This document shows, in pieces, positions 39,261 to 49,484 of a stretch of 64,000 bases of DNA. Positions within the stretch are counted from its first letter, which is position 1. The number at the start of each line of letters is the position of its first letter. Both the position numbers and the translations under genes were made by a program. Location: positions 2,624,001 through 2,688,000 of the forward strand of contig OZ244034.1 of assembly GCA_965215185.1 (NCBI GenBank), given 5' to 3'. The notes below the pieces were generated by a model. That model ran no database searches and was not told where the DNA came from. It saw only the letters and a list, made by a program, of their open reading frames with translations. Origin of the DNA: Acidimicrobiia bacterium (lineage in GTDB: Bacteria; Actinomycetota; Acidimicrobiia; Spongiisociales; ZC4RG35).

Positions 39261-41491
39261 GCGTCAAGGCCGCGGTCATGGGATATGCGGACCGCCAGAG
39301 CGTGCGGCCGGGAGAGCGCATCGAGTTCAAGGTGAGCGCGCTGGGTCCGGAGACCTACCGGGCGGACATTGTGCGGTTGATCGCGCCGGAAGTGGGTCTG
39401 GGAGACGACTGTCCGGACTTCTGCGAGATCGAACTCGATACCGAGGTCTGCGGTGACTATCCCACGGAGTGGCAGCCCATTCATCCCGGTTCGGCGGTGC
39501 GGGTGCCGCTGCCGGGGGGTCTTCCCCTGGATAAGGGAGTAACCCTCAGCGCCAACATCTTTCCCACCTTGGCCGATGCGGGTCGGCAGGGCATCCTGGG
39601 CACCCACAGTCCCACCGACGATTCGGGCCTCAGCCTGATCCTGGAGGACGGGGCTCTCGCTCTGGCGGTGGGAAGTGGGGGGTCCACGGCCATCGTGACC
39701 AGTTCGATTACCCCGGTGGAGCACCGTTGGACGGCGGTGGCCGTCACCTATGAGCCTGGCGTCGGCACTGTGGAGTTTCATGCTCGGGGACTGGAGGGCC
39801 ATCGCCTGGAAGGTGCGCTGTCATCGCGGGAGAGACATGAAGGAGCGGCGCACGGAGCATCGGGAGGAAGCCACTTTTACATAGGTGCCGCTCGAGCCGT
39901 GGGTGACCGCAGGGTGGAGCACACCACACTCTGTTTCAACGGCCGGATCGAACGGCCCCGGGTCTACGCCCGGCTGCTTGATCATGAAGACATCTCCCGT
40001 CTGTCGGAGGTGGCCGGTCCGGGCGTGGTGGAGGATGCCTATGGAGATTGGGATCTCTCGATCGGAATCGACACCGACTCGGTCACCGACGTGTCTGGCA
40101 ACGGCCACCACGGGGAAACGGTCAACCTGCCCGCCCGCGGTGTAGGTGGCTCCAACTGGGCGGGGGAGACCGACAACTGGCAGCAGAAGACCGAACAGTA
40201 CGGCGCCATCCACTTCCACGACGACGACGTCGATGACGCCCGGTGGCGGACCACCTTCACGCTGGTGGTACCCGAGGACTGGAAGAGCGGATGCTATGCG
40301 GCTCGCCTGCGGGCCGACGACGCCGAGTTCTACGTTCCGTTCGTGGTGCGGCCCGCGCCGGGCAAGGAATCGGATGTGGTGTTGCTGCTGGCCACCGCTA
40401 CCTACGGGGCCTATGCCAACCTGCGGCTGCGGGTCGTCTTCCCATGGAACGAGTTGATCCACGGTCGCTTGACGGTGCTGGACGACACGGATCTGCTGAT
40501 GCTCCGGTTTCCCGAGATCGGCTCCTCCACCTACGACAGCCACACCGACGGGAGCACCGTTGTCTATGCTTCGATGCGGCGACCGGTCACCAATTTCCGC
40601 CCCAAGGGCCGCATCTACAAGTTCTGCCAGGACATGCTGCTGGTCTCCTGGCTCGAGGAGGATGGTGTCGACTACGACGTGATCACCGACGAGGACGTGC
40701 ACCGGGAGGGCCAGTCTGCTCTGACGCCTTATCGGGTGGTCATCTCCAGTTCCCATCCCGAATACATCAGCACCCAGATGTTCGACGCCACCGAAGACCA
40801 TGTCAGGCAGGGAGGGCGGCTTATGTACCTGGGAGGCAACGGCTGGTACTGGCGGATCGCCTATCACCCCACCCGGTCGGGGATTGTCGAGGTTCGTCGA
40901 CCCGATGCTCCCCGGCTGTGGGCGGCTGATGTCAGCCAGGGGCATCTCTCCTTTTCGGGGGAGCGCGCCGGTACCTGGTCGTGGGCGGGACGGCCCCCCA
41001 ACACCTTTCTGGGGGTGTGCTTCATCACTCAGGGCTTTGACGAGTGCTCCTACTACCGTCGCACTCCCGCTTCTCACGATGAGCGGGCTTCTTTCATCTT
41101 CGAAGGTGTTGAGGATGAGATCATCGGCGATTTCGGCCTGTTGCAGGGTGGGGCAGCCGGATACGAGATCGACCGGGCCGACGCTGCGTTGGGCACTCCC
41201 CGGCATGCGCTGGTGTTGGCGTCCTCGGAGGGACACTCCAACCTCTACGACCTGATGGTGACCTCGCTGGTCGACATCCTGCCGCCCAGCAATCCGGACG
41301 ATCCGGACCGGATTCGAGCAGACATGGTGTTCTACGAGTCGCCGGGGGGCGGAGCGGTCTTTTCGGTGGGGTCCATCGCTTGGTCCGGCAGTCTCAGCCA
41401 CGCCCGCTACGGCAACAATGTGGCGGCGGTGAGTCGCAACGTCCTGAACCGGTTCCGGGATCCAGAACCCTTCCGGATGCCCGCCCAGTGA
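39257..41491 (+). CDS. N,N-dimethylformamidase large-subunit family protein
   Basis: LamG-like domain, YGAIHFHDDD, TYGAYAN, STYDSHTDG, HPEY, GGNGWYW, AAGYEIDR. Confidence 0.88.
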   Translation: MSVKAAVMGYADRQSVRPGERIEFKVSALGPETYRADIVRLIAPEVGLGDDCPDFCEIELDTEVCGDYPTEWQPIHPGSAVRVPLPGGLPLDKGVTLSANIFPTLADAGRQGILGTHSPTDDSGLSLILEDGALALAVGSGGSTAIVTSSITPVEHRWTAVAVTYEPGVGTVEFHARGLEGHRLEGALSSRERHEGAAHGASGGSHFYIGAARAVGDRRVEHTTLCFNGRIERPRVYARLLDHEDISRLSEVAGPGVVEDAYGDWDLSIGIDTDSVTDVSGNGHHGETVNLPARGVGGSNWAGETDNWQQKTEQYGAIHFHDDDVDDARWRTTFTLVVPEDWKSGCYAARLRADDAEFYVPFVVRPAPGKESDVVLLLATATYGAYANLRLRVVFPWNELIHGRLTVLDDTDLLMLRFPEIGSSTYDSHTDGSTVVYASMRRPVTNFRPKGRIYKFCQDMLLVSWLEEDGVDYDVITDEDVHREGQSALTPYRVVISSSHPEYISTQMFDATEDHVRQGGRLMYLGGNGWYWRIAYHPTRSGIVEVRRPDAPRLWAADVSQGHLSFSGERAGTWSWAGRPPNTFLGVCFITQGFDECSYYRRTPASHDERASFIFEGVEDEIIGDFGLLQGGAAGYEIDRADAALGTPRHALVLASSEGHSNLYDLMVTSLVDILPPSNPDDPDRIRADMVFYESPGGGAVFSVGSIAWSGSLSHARYGNNVAAVSRNVLNRFRDPEPFRMPAQ

Positions 41492-42270
41492 CCTCCATCA
41501 AACCGACGGATTGGAGCTTGGGCGCCGGCCTGCGGGATCGGGTGGTGTTGGTGACCGGGGCGGCAAGTGGCATCGGCCGGGCGACCGCCCGGACCATGGC
41601 GGCGCTCGGGGCCCGGGTGGCGGCTTTGGATCGGCAGGAAGCGGTGCGGGACGTGGTGTCGGAACTGGACAACCCCGGCCAACACCTGCCGGTGGTTTTT
41701 GATCTGTCCGATATCGGGTCGTTGTCTTCAATGGTGGCCGATGTGGAGGCGCGCTTGGGCCCTTTGTGGGCGCTTTCTCATGTGGCGGCCTATCTGCGCC
41801 GGAAAGAGTTGAAGGATGTGACTGAGGAGGACTGGGATGCTCAGCTGGACGTGAATTTGAAAGCTTCCTTCTTTCTCAACAAGGCGGTGGGCGAGGCAAT
41901 GATCGCCACCGCCAGGGGGGGCCGGATCATTAACTTCACTTCCGGGGCCTGGCTGACCGGACCGGTGCATGGGAGTCATGCGTATGTGGCCAGCAAGGGG
42001 GGCGTCGTCTCCATGACCCGTGGTTTCGCTCGAGCCTATGGGCCGTACAACATCTTGGTGAACTGCGTCTCGCCCGGTCAGATCGATACTCCCATGCAGC
42101 ATGTGGACAACCCACCGGAGATAGTGGCCGCTGGAACCGCGGCGTGTCCTTTGGGACGGATGGGACGCCCCGGAGAGCTAGCGGCAGTGGTGGCTTTCCT
42201 GGCTTCCGAACATGCCAGTTTCGTGAGCGGCGCTACCATCAATGTCAGCGGCGCGCTGGTCATGTATTAG
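41488..42270 (+). CDS. SDR oxidoreductase
   Basis: TGAASGIG, YVASK; GTGA overlap. Confidence 0.9.
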   Translation: MTSIKPTDWSLGAGLRDRVVLVTGAASGIGRATARTMAALGARVAALDRQEAVRDVVSELDNPGQHLPVVFDLSDIGSLSSMVADVEARLGPLWALSHVAAYLRRKELKDVTEEDWDAQLDVNLKASFFLNKAVGEAMIATARGGRIINFTSGAWLTGPVHGSHAYVASKGGVVSMTRGFARAYGPYNILVNCVSPGQIDTPMQHVDNPPEIVAAGTAACPLGRMGRPGELAAVVAFLASEHASFVSGATINVSGALVMY

Positions 42271-42286
42271 CCGAGTTGGATCGTTT

Positions 42287-43198
42287 GTGAACACCATCCA
42301 GACCGTTTCGGGAGAGATTTCTGTAGACGAGTTGGGTCTGACTTTGCCCCATGAGCATGTGTTCTTGGATGTCTACGAGATCACTATGAACTCGCATCTC
42401 ATCCTGAGTGATCCGCAGGTGGCACGATACGAGTTGGGGGTTTTCAAGGAAGCCGGGGGGTGCACCATTGTCGACCAAACGGTGCACGGACTCAATCCCG
42501 ATCCGGTGGCGCTTCGGCAACTGGCCGAGGATGTGGGGATCAACATTATTGCCGGGACCGGGTTTTACTGGGAGAAGTTCCATCCTCCCTGGCTGAAGGA
42601 CATGAGCGATCGCGATATCGTGGCCATGCTGGTGAAAGACCTGACGGTGGGTTTCTATGGAACCGACATCAAGGCGGGGATCATGGGCGAGATCGGAACT
42701 CATCATCGGAGAATCTCTGCTGCCGAAGAGCGGGTGATCAGGGCTTGTGCCACAGCTCAGCGGGAGACCGGAGTTCCCATCTCCACCCATGCCCTGTTCA
42801 CCCGCATAGGTCTGGAGCAGGTGAGGCTTTTCGAAGACGCCGGGGCCAATCTCGACAAATTGGTGATTGGCCACGTCGACACGACCCCGGATGTGGACTA
42901 CCATCTGGAGTTGCTTCGGAGAGGAGTTTGGATCGCCTACGACGCCATTGGACAGCTCGACAAGCAGTCTGACGAGAGACGAGCAGACGCCATCGCCCGA
43001 CTCATCCGGGCCGGTTATCGTGACCGGATTCTGCTCTCCACCGATATCGGAAAGCGGGGCGCCTTAAGGTCATATGGAGGAACGGGGTATGACCATGTGA
43101 TCACCCGTTTTGTGCCTCTGTTGCGGGGCAACGGCATCAGCGAGGAAGACATAGAGGCGCTTACGGTCGCCAATCCTCGACGTCTCTTCACCCGATGA
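42287..43198 (+). CDS. Phosphotriesterase-family (PHP/lactonase-like) hydrolase
   Basis: LPHEH, GTGFY, GEIG, STH, IGH, STD, NPRR. Confidence 0.9.
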   Translation: MNTIQTVSGEISVDELGLTLPHEHVFLDVYEITMNSHLILSDPQVARYELGVFKEAGGCTIVDQTVHGLNPDPVALRQLAEDVGINIIAGTGFYWEKFHPPWLKDMSDRDIVAMLVKDLTVGFYGTDIKAGIMGEIGTHHRRISAAEERVIRACATAQRETGVPISTHALFTRIGLEQVRLFEDAGANLDKLVIGHVDTTPDVDYHLELLRRGVWIAYDAIGQLDKQSDERRADAIARLIRAGYRDRILLSTDIGKRGALRSYGGTGYDHVITRFVPLLRGNGISEEDIEALTVANPRRLFTR

Positions 43199-43251
43199 TG
43201 TACAGCAAGGAGCAACTTCCCACCGTCTTTGGCGGTAGGGAGTAACCGACC

Positions 43252-44316
43252 ATGAGCAAGGTTGGGCGCACCAGTTCTGTGTCAGTGGTCCTTTTTGGCC
43301 TGGGCACCGTTGGTCGGGCGACTCTCCGGCTGTGTCTGACCCGTCCGTGGCTTCGTCCGGTGGGGGCGGTGATCGGTTCCACGTCGCTGAAGGAACGAAT
43401 CGCCTCCGGGGAGATTCCCGCCGATCTTCAACTCTCCCACGATCCCGATCATCTGTTGGATCAACTCCGTCCGGAGGTGGCCCTGATAGCCACCCGGTCT
43501 CCGATCGCCGAAGTCAAAGACGACATCCTTAGGTGTGTGCGCAGGGGAGTGAATGTGGTCACCTCCAGTGAGGAACTGGCCTACCCGGCGGCCACCGATC
43601 CCGCGGCGGCCGAGGAGATCGCAGCCGCCTGCCGCCGCTTTGGGGTGGCGGTGGTGGCCACCGGAGTCAATCCGGGCTTCGTATTCGATGTACTGCCGGT
43701 GGTGATCTCCGGCGCCTGCTGGGATATCGACCGGATTTCGGTCACCCGGGCGCTGGACGCTTCGGTCTTCGGGCAGCGGGTACACCGTTCGCTGGGGGTG
43801 GGATACAGTCCGTCGGAATTCGAGCAGGCCCGCGGGGAGGGCATCATCCGCGGGCACATCGGCTTTGAGGAAAGCGCCCGGGTCATCGCCGAGGTGCTGG
43901 GGAGGACACTGGACCGTTTTGAGGAGAGCGTTGAGCCCCTGATCGCAGACCAACCTTATCAACTGGCCGAGTATGTCATTCCCCCAGGTCTAACGGCCGG
44001 GGTTGTCCAAGAGGCGACCGGCTGGGTTGACGGTCAACCGTGGCTTCGGTTCGACTTATCTCTGCATGTGGATCCGGGCTCGGTTGGCATGGAGACCAGT
44101 GATCGTGTCCTCATCGAGGGAGAGAACACCATCGACGTCACGATCCGGCCCGGCACCCAGTCGGTATTGACCACCTCTGCCCGTCTTGTCAACAGTATCC
44201 ATTCGGTCCTATCCGCCCCACCGGGGTTATACACCGCGGCCGATTTGCTGCCCGCCGCTCCCTGGCTGCGAAAAACTCCTCCTCAGGGCATTCGCAGGCG
44301 CGTCGCCCAGGCTTGA
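43252..44316 (+). CDS. DapB-like / 2,4-diaminopentanoate-dehydrogenase (amine dehydrogenase) family
   Basis: GLGTVG, GVNVVTSSEELAYP, TGVNPGF, GHIGF. Confidence 0.8.
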   Translation: MSKVGRTSSVSVVLFGLGTVGRATLRLCLTRPWLRPVGAVIGSTSLKERIASGEIPADLQLSHDPDHLLDQLRPEVALIATRSPIAEVKDDILRCVRRGVNVVTSSEELAYPAATDPAAAEEIAAACRRFGVAVVATGVNPGFVFDVLPVVISGACWDIDRISVTRALDASVFGQRVHRSLGVGYSPSEFEQARGEGIIRGHIGFEESARVIAEVLGRTLDRFEESVEPLIADQPYQLAEYVIPPGLTAGVVQEATGWVDGQPWLRFDLSLHVDPGSVGMETSDRVLIEGENTIDVTIRPGTQSVLTTSARLVNSIHSVLSAPPGLYTAADLLPAAPWLRKTPPQGIRRRVAQA

Positions 44317-44703
44317 GCGACCAGGCTGGTTCGTTCTCGCGCTGTTGTGCCAACACCTGCTTTCGGTATGGTCACGGGGGTTGTGAAAAAGACCGCTGAT
44401 GGGGAGTTGATTCTGTCCCACCGAGAGTCCATATTGAAAAAGCCAAACACCGAGAGACGGTCCGTTCCGGCGTCGTGCGGACCGCGTTAAGGGATTACAC
44501 CGGTTAATGCAACAAGCCCTGTTTCGAGGGGGCGGAGCTTGTTCGACCCATGGCAAGGTGGCGGCGGGGGAGGGCCCGAAAGGGACAGGAAATGTCGCGA
44601 CAATTCCTGCTATGTTGCCCGACGACTATCAGTCGAAAACTACGCGCCCGCACACCGACCTGGTATTCGCCCTCCTGTAGCTGCGCCTGTAAGACAGGGC
44701 AAG

Positions 44704-45096
44704 CTAGTTGCAGACGGCGGTGGCTTCGATCTCGATCAGGTATCCGGGGTCCAGGAAGGCTGACACCTCAACCATGGTGGAGGCGGGCTTTATGTCCCCG
44801 AACATCTCGGCGTGGGCTCTTCCGGCCTCTTCCCATCGAGAAATGTCGGTGAGAAACAACCGGGTGCGGACCACATTGGCAGGCGTGGCTCCCAACTTGG
44901 CCAATGCCCTGACGATGATCTGCAGACAGGCTTTGGTCTGTCCGTACATATCATCGGGGGCGATCACCGATCCGTCCGGCGCCCCGGCGGTGGTTCCGGC
45001 CACCTCGATCAGGTTGCCCACCCGGACCGCCCGAGAGTAACCCACCGGGTCCCACGGGCGGTTGGATGGTACCTGCTGTCTTTGGCCACTCGACAT
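44704..45096 (-). CDS. RidA family protein
   Basis: VGYSRAVR, VAGTT, PASTMVEV, IEIEA. Confidence 0.9.
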   Translation of the reverse strand: MSSGQRQQVPSNRPWDPVGYSRAVRVGNLIEVAGTTAGAPDGSVIAPDDMYGQTKACLQIIVRALAKLGATPANVVRTRLFLTDISRWEEAGRAHAEMFGDIKPASTMVEVSAFLDPGYLIEIEATAVCN

Positions 45097-45110
45097 GGTT
45101 GTCTTCGGTC

Positions 45111-45572
45111 CTAGTCGTCTTCGGCGGGGAAAACGTCCACCGTGATAGGGAACTGGACATCTTCGTGAGGCCGAATGGTGACCGGGAAAGCACCGATACT
45201 GCGGATCGGAGCGTCAAGCACCACATGGTGAGGCTCAAGAACGAAGCCGGTGTCCCGACGCACCGCCTCCACCACGTCTTTGGCGTTCACCGAGCCGTAG
45301 AGGGTGCCTGCCTCGGAGGCGCGGGCGGCGATGACAACCATTTTGCCCACCAGCCGGGTGGCGACCTGCTCGGCCTGGGACTTGCGCCGCGTGTACTCGG
45401 TCAGCTTCGTCTGCTTGAGGGCCTGGATGTGGGCGATGGCCCGAGGGGTGGCCTTGACGGCCTTCTTGCGAGGTATAAGGTAATTCCGGGCGTATCCGGG
45501 TGCTACCTCTACCACTTCGCCTTTGTCTCCCAACCCGGAGATGTCCTCGGTAAGGATTAGTCGGGCGCTCAT
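45111..45572 (-). CDS. rplI: 50S ribosomal protein L9
   Basis: [28 protein letters not shown]. Confidence 0.96.
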   Translation of the reverse strand: MSARLILTEDISGLGDKGEVVEVAPGYARNYLIPRKKAVKATPRAIAHIQALKQTKLTEYTRRKSQAEQVATRLVGKMVVIAARASEAGTLYGSVNAKDVVEAVRRDTGFVLEPHHVVLDAPIRSIGAFPVTIRPHEDVQFPITVDVFPAEDD

Positions 45573-45835
45573 AGGTTGGTGTAGGGCAGAAGGGCCATTT
45601 CGCGGGCGTTTTTGACGGCGCGAGCCACCGCATTCTGATGTCGTTGGCAGTTGCCGGTGGACCGCCTCCCGCGGATTTTGGCGCGGGCGTCGGAGACATA
45701 CCTGCGCAGCAGGGTGATGTCCTTGTAGTCCACATAGCGGATTTTGTTGTCGCAGAAGTGGCAGGTCCGCTTCTTTACTCGCCGATAGCTTGATCCCGAG
45801 CGGGGGCGTCTTGTGGGTGAAGCTTTGCGTGCCAT
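45569..45835 (-). CDS. rpsR: 30S ribosomal protein S18 (Zn-binding form)
   Basis: [25 protein letters not shown]. Confidence 0.97.
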   Translation of the reverse strand: MARKASPTRRPRSGSSYRRVKKRTCHFCDNKIRYVDYKDITLLRRYVSDARAKIRGRRSTGNCQRHQNAVARAVKNAREMALLPYTNL

Positions 45836-45847
45836 GGTGCTCCTTTC

Positions 45848-46312
45848 CTAGAAGGGCTCTTCGTCGCTGCTGTAAGAACCCGAAGGACGGGGGGGAGCGG
45901 CTGGCGGACGCGACTGTCGCTGTTGGCCTCCGGCCTGGTAACCGTCTCCGGATTCGCGGGTGGTGCGCCTCACGTCGGCGGTGGCCCACCGAAGGGATGG
46001 CCCGATCTCATCGATCCGCACCTCCACCACCGCGCGCTTTTCGCCGGTCGGGGTTTCCCAAGTGCGTTGCTGCAGGCGGCCGGTGACGACGACCCTCGAC
46101 CCCTTCTGCAGGGATTCGGCAACGTTTTCGGCGTACTGACGCCAAACCGTTCCGCTGAAAAAGCTGGTCTCTTCCTGCCATTCTTCGTTGGCGTTGCGCC
46201 AGCGGTGGCTGACGGCCATTCGGATGTTGGCTCTAGGTATTCCCGACGTAGTGAAACGCAGTTCGGGGTCTTCCACCAGATTGCCAACCAGTGTCACAGA
46301 GTTATAGGTCAT
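45848..46312 (-). CDS. ssb: Single-stranded DNA-binding protein
   Basis: LVGNLVEDPELRFT, IGPSLRWA, DEEPF tail. Confidence 0.97.
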   Translation of the reverse strand: MTYNSVTLVGNLVEDPELRFTTSGIPRANIRMAVSHRWRNANEEWQEETSFFSGTVWRQYAENVAESLQKGSRVVVTGRLQQRTWETPTGEKRAVVEVRIDEIGPSLRWATADVRRTTRESGDGYQAGGQQRQSRPPAAPPRPSGSYSSDEEPF

Positions 46313-46346
46313 TTCTCTTCTCTCTCTCGTTTCTCAGGGACCTGGC

Positions 46347-46634
46347 TCATGTTTCAGGACGGATGATTTTATGACGTAGCACATCATCGGCCAAAGACAG
46401 TACCCGGCGGAGGGAGTCAACGGTGGCAGGTTCCGACTCGAACCGGTTGATGGTGTAATAACCCTCAGAGACATGATCTATCGGGTAGGCAAACTTTCGC
46501 TTGCCCCACGGATCGGTCTCTTGGTTGGAGGCTCCTTGGTTGGCCATGAACGCACTCAACTCAGAAACTTTGTCCCGGTACTCTGCCTCGGACATTTCCG
46601 GGCGATGGATAGTCATAAGTTCATATTGACGCAA
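46347..46634 (-). CDS. rpsF: 30S ribosomal protein S6
   Basis: MRQYE, WGKRKFAYPI, GYY, VLRH; TTG start. Confidence 0.96.
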   Translation of the reverse strand: MRQYELMTIHRPEMSEAEYRDKVSELSAFMANQGASNQETDPWGKRKFAYPIDHVSEGYYTINRFESEPATVDSLRRVLSLADDVLRHKIIRPET

Positions 46635-46639
46635 CTTGC

Positions 46640-46705
46640 GTCACCTCCTTTGGGCATCCGCTCGAATGCAGAAGGCCCCTTTCAATGGGGCAGGACAGGC
46701 GCCTT
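46640..46705 (-). promoter_or_regulatory. Putative S6:S18 ribosomal-protein leader
   Basis: CCTTCT-[GCATTC GAGC GGATGC]-CC-AAAGGAGG: anti-SD pairing, hairpin and C-rich bulge before the SD. Confidence 0.55.
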
Positions 46706-46781
46706 GTGGCGCGTTTGGGGGGACTTGGCAATGATAATAGCGCATGCCAGGACTAACGAGTCCGCCATCGCCTGCGATGTT

Positions 46782-47546
46782 TCACGGCGAAAAGCTGGTT
46801 TCTTCCAGGATGAGGTATTCCCTCGAAGCCACTGCGTCGAAGAATCCCGGAGGAGCTTCCAGGGCGTAACGCACCGGCATTTCAGATTGATAGGAGGGGC
46901 AGGGGTCGACGGTGCATGGAACCATGGCCACTACCAGGAAAAGAGAGTTCGCTTCGTCGAAGAATCCGATGTCGAGGGGGATGAGCGTGTTCTTCATCCA
47001 AAAGGACACCTGTAGGGGAGAATCCCAAGCAAAAAGCATTCCATCCAGTTCGCCCAGGGAGGTCACTGCCATCAAGCCGCGGCCGCGGAGGGTGGGAGTG
47101 TCCGCCAAGGCCAGCAGCAGTGACTGATCGCCTAGCAGGGCGCTGATGATCTCGAACCCGGTTACGTCTCCGCTATCGAGTGGGGAGGGGATAGGGGGGG
47201 TTGTGGATGGCGCTTCAGTGGTAAGGGTTGTGTCGGCGCTGGTGGCAGGAGGTGAGGTGGCGGCTGGGGCTGGCGCAGCGGTGGTAAGGGTTGTGGATGG
47301 CGCTTCGGTGGTAAGGGTTGTGGGGGTGGTTGTGTCGGCGCTGGTGGCAGGAGGTGAGGTGGCGGCTGGGGCTGGCGCAGCGGTGGTAAGGGTTGTGGAG
47401 GGGGTGGCGGTGGCTGTCGGCTCGATCGCGGCGACAGCAGCAACGGTGAGTGTGCCTTCTCCCTGATCGTTCCCGGACGAAGTCTGCTCGCAGGCTCCGA
47501 CAGCAAGTGTGAGGAGAACTAAAAGGAGTAGACGTTCGCGGTTGAA
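46782..47546 (-). CDS. DUF192-domain lipoprotein with Pro/Thr tether; start codon reads TTC
   Basis: FWMKNTLIPLDIGFF, YALE; frame open upstream to xNRERLLLLVLLTLAVGAC after GAGGAGG. Confidence 0.75.
   Translation of the reverse strand, partial: FNRERLLLLVLLTLAVGACEQTSSGNDQGEGTLTVAAVAAIEPTATATPSTTLTTAAPAPAATSPPATSADTTTPTTLTTEAPSTTLTTAAPAPAATSPPATSADTTLTTEAPSTTPPIPSPLDSGDVTGFEIISALLGDQSLLLALADTPTLRGRGLMAVTSLGELDGMLFAWDSPLQVSFWMKNTLIPLDIGFFDEANSLFLVVAMVPCTVDPCPSYQSEMPVRYALEAPPGFFDAVASREYLILEETSFSP
47199..47399 (-). repeat. Tandem duplication (about 90-100 bp) encoding a T/P/A linker
   Basis: STTLTTAAPAPAATSPPATSADTT unit twice. Confidence 0.85.
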
Positions 47547-48379
47547 GGTTCCTCCTCTAACAGGGCTTCCTCAAGACCCGCGTCCACTCGGTAGGTCTCC
47601 TTCTGGTCGGGAAAGTTGCCGGCTTTCACATCGTCACGGAAGCGGCGGAGCGCATCGGTGGCGATGGCGCGCAGATTCGCATACTGACGCACGAACTTTG
47701 GATAGGTGCCGAACCCCATTCCCAGCAGGTCGTGGAAGACCAGGACTTGCCCGTCTGCGCAACGACCGGCGCCGATTCCGATAGTTGGTATGCAGATGCG
47801 TTCGGTGACCACCGACGTCAACACTTCCGGTATGCCCTCCAGGACCAGGGAGAACACTCCAGCCTCCTCCAGGGCTTGGGCGTCCCGGATGATCTTGCGG
47901 GCGGTGTCCAGTCGGCGACCCTGGACGCGATAGCCCCCCTCGGTATGGATGGACTGGGGGGTGAGTCCCAAATGGCCCATCACCGGGATCTGGGCGGCCA
48001 GCAGGCGCTCGATGTGAGGTATCCGCTCTGATCCCCCTTCGATTTTCACCGCCTCGGCACCCGCTCTGATCAAGGTGGCGGCATTTCGAACGGTTTCCTC
48101 GGGGGAAACGTGAAAGCTCATCCAGGGCATGTCGCCCACAATCAGCGAATGGGGCTTGGCCCGCGCTACAGCCCCCACATGAAGGGCCATCATCTCCATG
48201 CTCATCGAAAGAGTGGTGTCGAAGCCGTGGACGACATTGGCGGCGGAGTCTCCAACCAAGATGATGTCGATGCCGGCTTCCGAGGCCAGTTTTGCGCTGG
48301 GGAAATCGTAGGCAGTCACCATGGCGATCTTTTCGGCGCCTTTGCGGGCTGCGATGGCGGGGACAGTCACCTTTGCCAT
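47519..48379 (-). CDS. panB: 3-methyl-2-oxobutanoate hydroxymethyltransferase
   Basis: TAYD, LVGDS, KIEGG, GHLGLTPQS, GIGAG, GQVLV. Confidence 0.97.
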   Translation of the reverse strand: MAKVTVPAIAARKGAEKIAMVTAYDFPSAKLASEAGIDIILVGDSAANVVHGFDTTLSMSMEMMALHVGAVARAKPHSLIVGDMPWMSFHVSPEETVRNAATLIRAGAEAVKIEGGSERIPHIERLLAAQIPVMGHLGLTPQSIHTEGGYRVQGRRLDTARKIIRDAQALEEAGVFSLVLEGIPEVLTSVVTERICIPTIGIGAGRCADGQVLVFHDLLGMGFGTYPKFVRQYANLRAIATDALRRFRDDVKAGNFPDQKETYRVDAGLEEALLEEEPSTANVYSF

Positions 48380-48595
48380 GTTTTTTCTCCTCTCTCCCCA
48401 CCGCTAAAGGGTTGGGGGATCGGTTTTGGTTTTGAGATAGCCCAGTCCGGGGGTCAGCACGCTGCTAATCGAGTCGACCGCCCCCTGAGGGCTAGCTGAT
48501 CCTAATAATAAGCTGCCGCTAGGTGTCGAGAGCCGGGATTTGGTAGGTGGGTTTTAACCTTGTGCGTTCCGCTGTCGCCTTTGGGGCGAGGCCTG

Positions 48596-48949
48596 CTACA
48601 GGTATATGCCGACGAGGATCACAACAAGGGTGAGAACGGTGACTGCCGTGAGCCTCTTTCCCCTTACGGGCTGATCAATCTTTGCAGTTCTGATCTTGCC
48701 GACTTTGAACACTCCGACGGCAATCAACATCACCACGGGATGGAAGAGGGCATCCCAGGTCCCGTTCGCGACCAAAAGGATGATCCCCAGCAACGCCTGG
48801 ACATCCAACAAAATGGAAGTAACGCTTACCAAGGCAGGGTGATGGGAGGAGTCTTTGTTCCATTTGCCCAGTCCGATCACCAATACGGAGATCAGGGCGA
48901 CCAGCACCAGCCACCGGAGGCCTGAATGTGTTTCTAACAGAAAATCCAT
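48596..48949 (-). CDS. Small 4-TM membrane protein (cytochrome b-like His pattern)
   Basis: HSGLRWLVL..LDVQALLGIIL..HPVVM. Confidence 0.65.
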   Translation of the reverse strand: MDFLLETHSGLRWLVLVALISVLVIGLGKWNKDSSHHPALVSVTSILLDVQALLGIILLVANGTWDALFHPVVMLIAVGVFKVGKIRTAKIDQPVRGKRLTAVTVLTLVVILVGIYL

Positions 48950-49131
48950 ACTGGTAATGATATCGGATATTGGGTTTTTGCTTGCCGAGTTTCGACCAAC
49001 CGCTACGGAGCCGCCCTCCTGGAGACTGTTGGTACCCTGAGGCCGTGGGAAAGCGGCAAGCGCTCTGCCCATCGGCATCCCCACAGTTTGGGAGTCCGAA
49101 ATGTAACAAGAAGCCGCCAGTGGAGGACAAA

Positions 49132-49452
49132 ATGCTTTTCGAGTTGAGGCGGTACCAGTGCAAACCGGGAAAACGCGACGAATGGGTCCGTTTCATGGAA
49201 GAAACGTTGATACCCTTCCAGGTTTCCCATGGAGTGGTTGTGGTGGGATCATTCATAGACGAGGAGAATCCCGACGAGTACGTGTGGATCTGGCGTTTTG
49301 ACTCCGAAGAGGAGCGCGAGCGGATATACCAGGCCAGTTACGGAAGTGACACCTGGAACGAGGAGATACTGCCCAAGGTGGCGGAGATGGTCATTCGGGA
49401 ACGTTCGGTGATCTCGCGCCTACGACCCACGCCGAAGTCGGTTATCCGTTAG
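49132..49452 (+). CDS. NIPSNAP family protein
   Basis: FELRRYQCKPG..YVWIWRF..LRPTPKS; GGAGG RBS. Confidence 0.88.
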   Translation: MLFELRRYQCKPGKRDEWVRFMEETLIPFQVSHGVVVVGSFIDEENPDEYVWIWRFDSEEERERIYQASYGSDTWNEEILPKVAEMVIRERSVISRLRPTPKSVIR

Positions 49453-49484
49453 AGGGGGGCCTCATCGGGGGCCCACTTTGAAGA

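Noticed and set aside
39821-41401. Long antisense ORFs (also 4170-5276, 34775-35812, 62521-63402)
   Set aside because: Shadows of high-GC coding genes with no motifs
44383-44490. Short ORF VKKTADGELILS.. as a nuclease gene remnant
   Set aside because: Too short to support a family call
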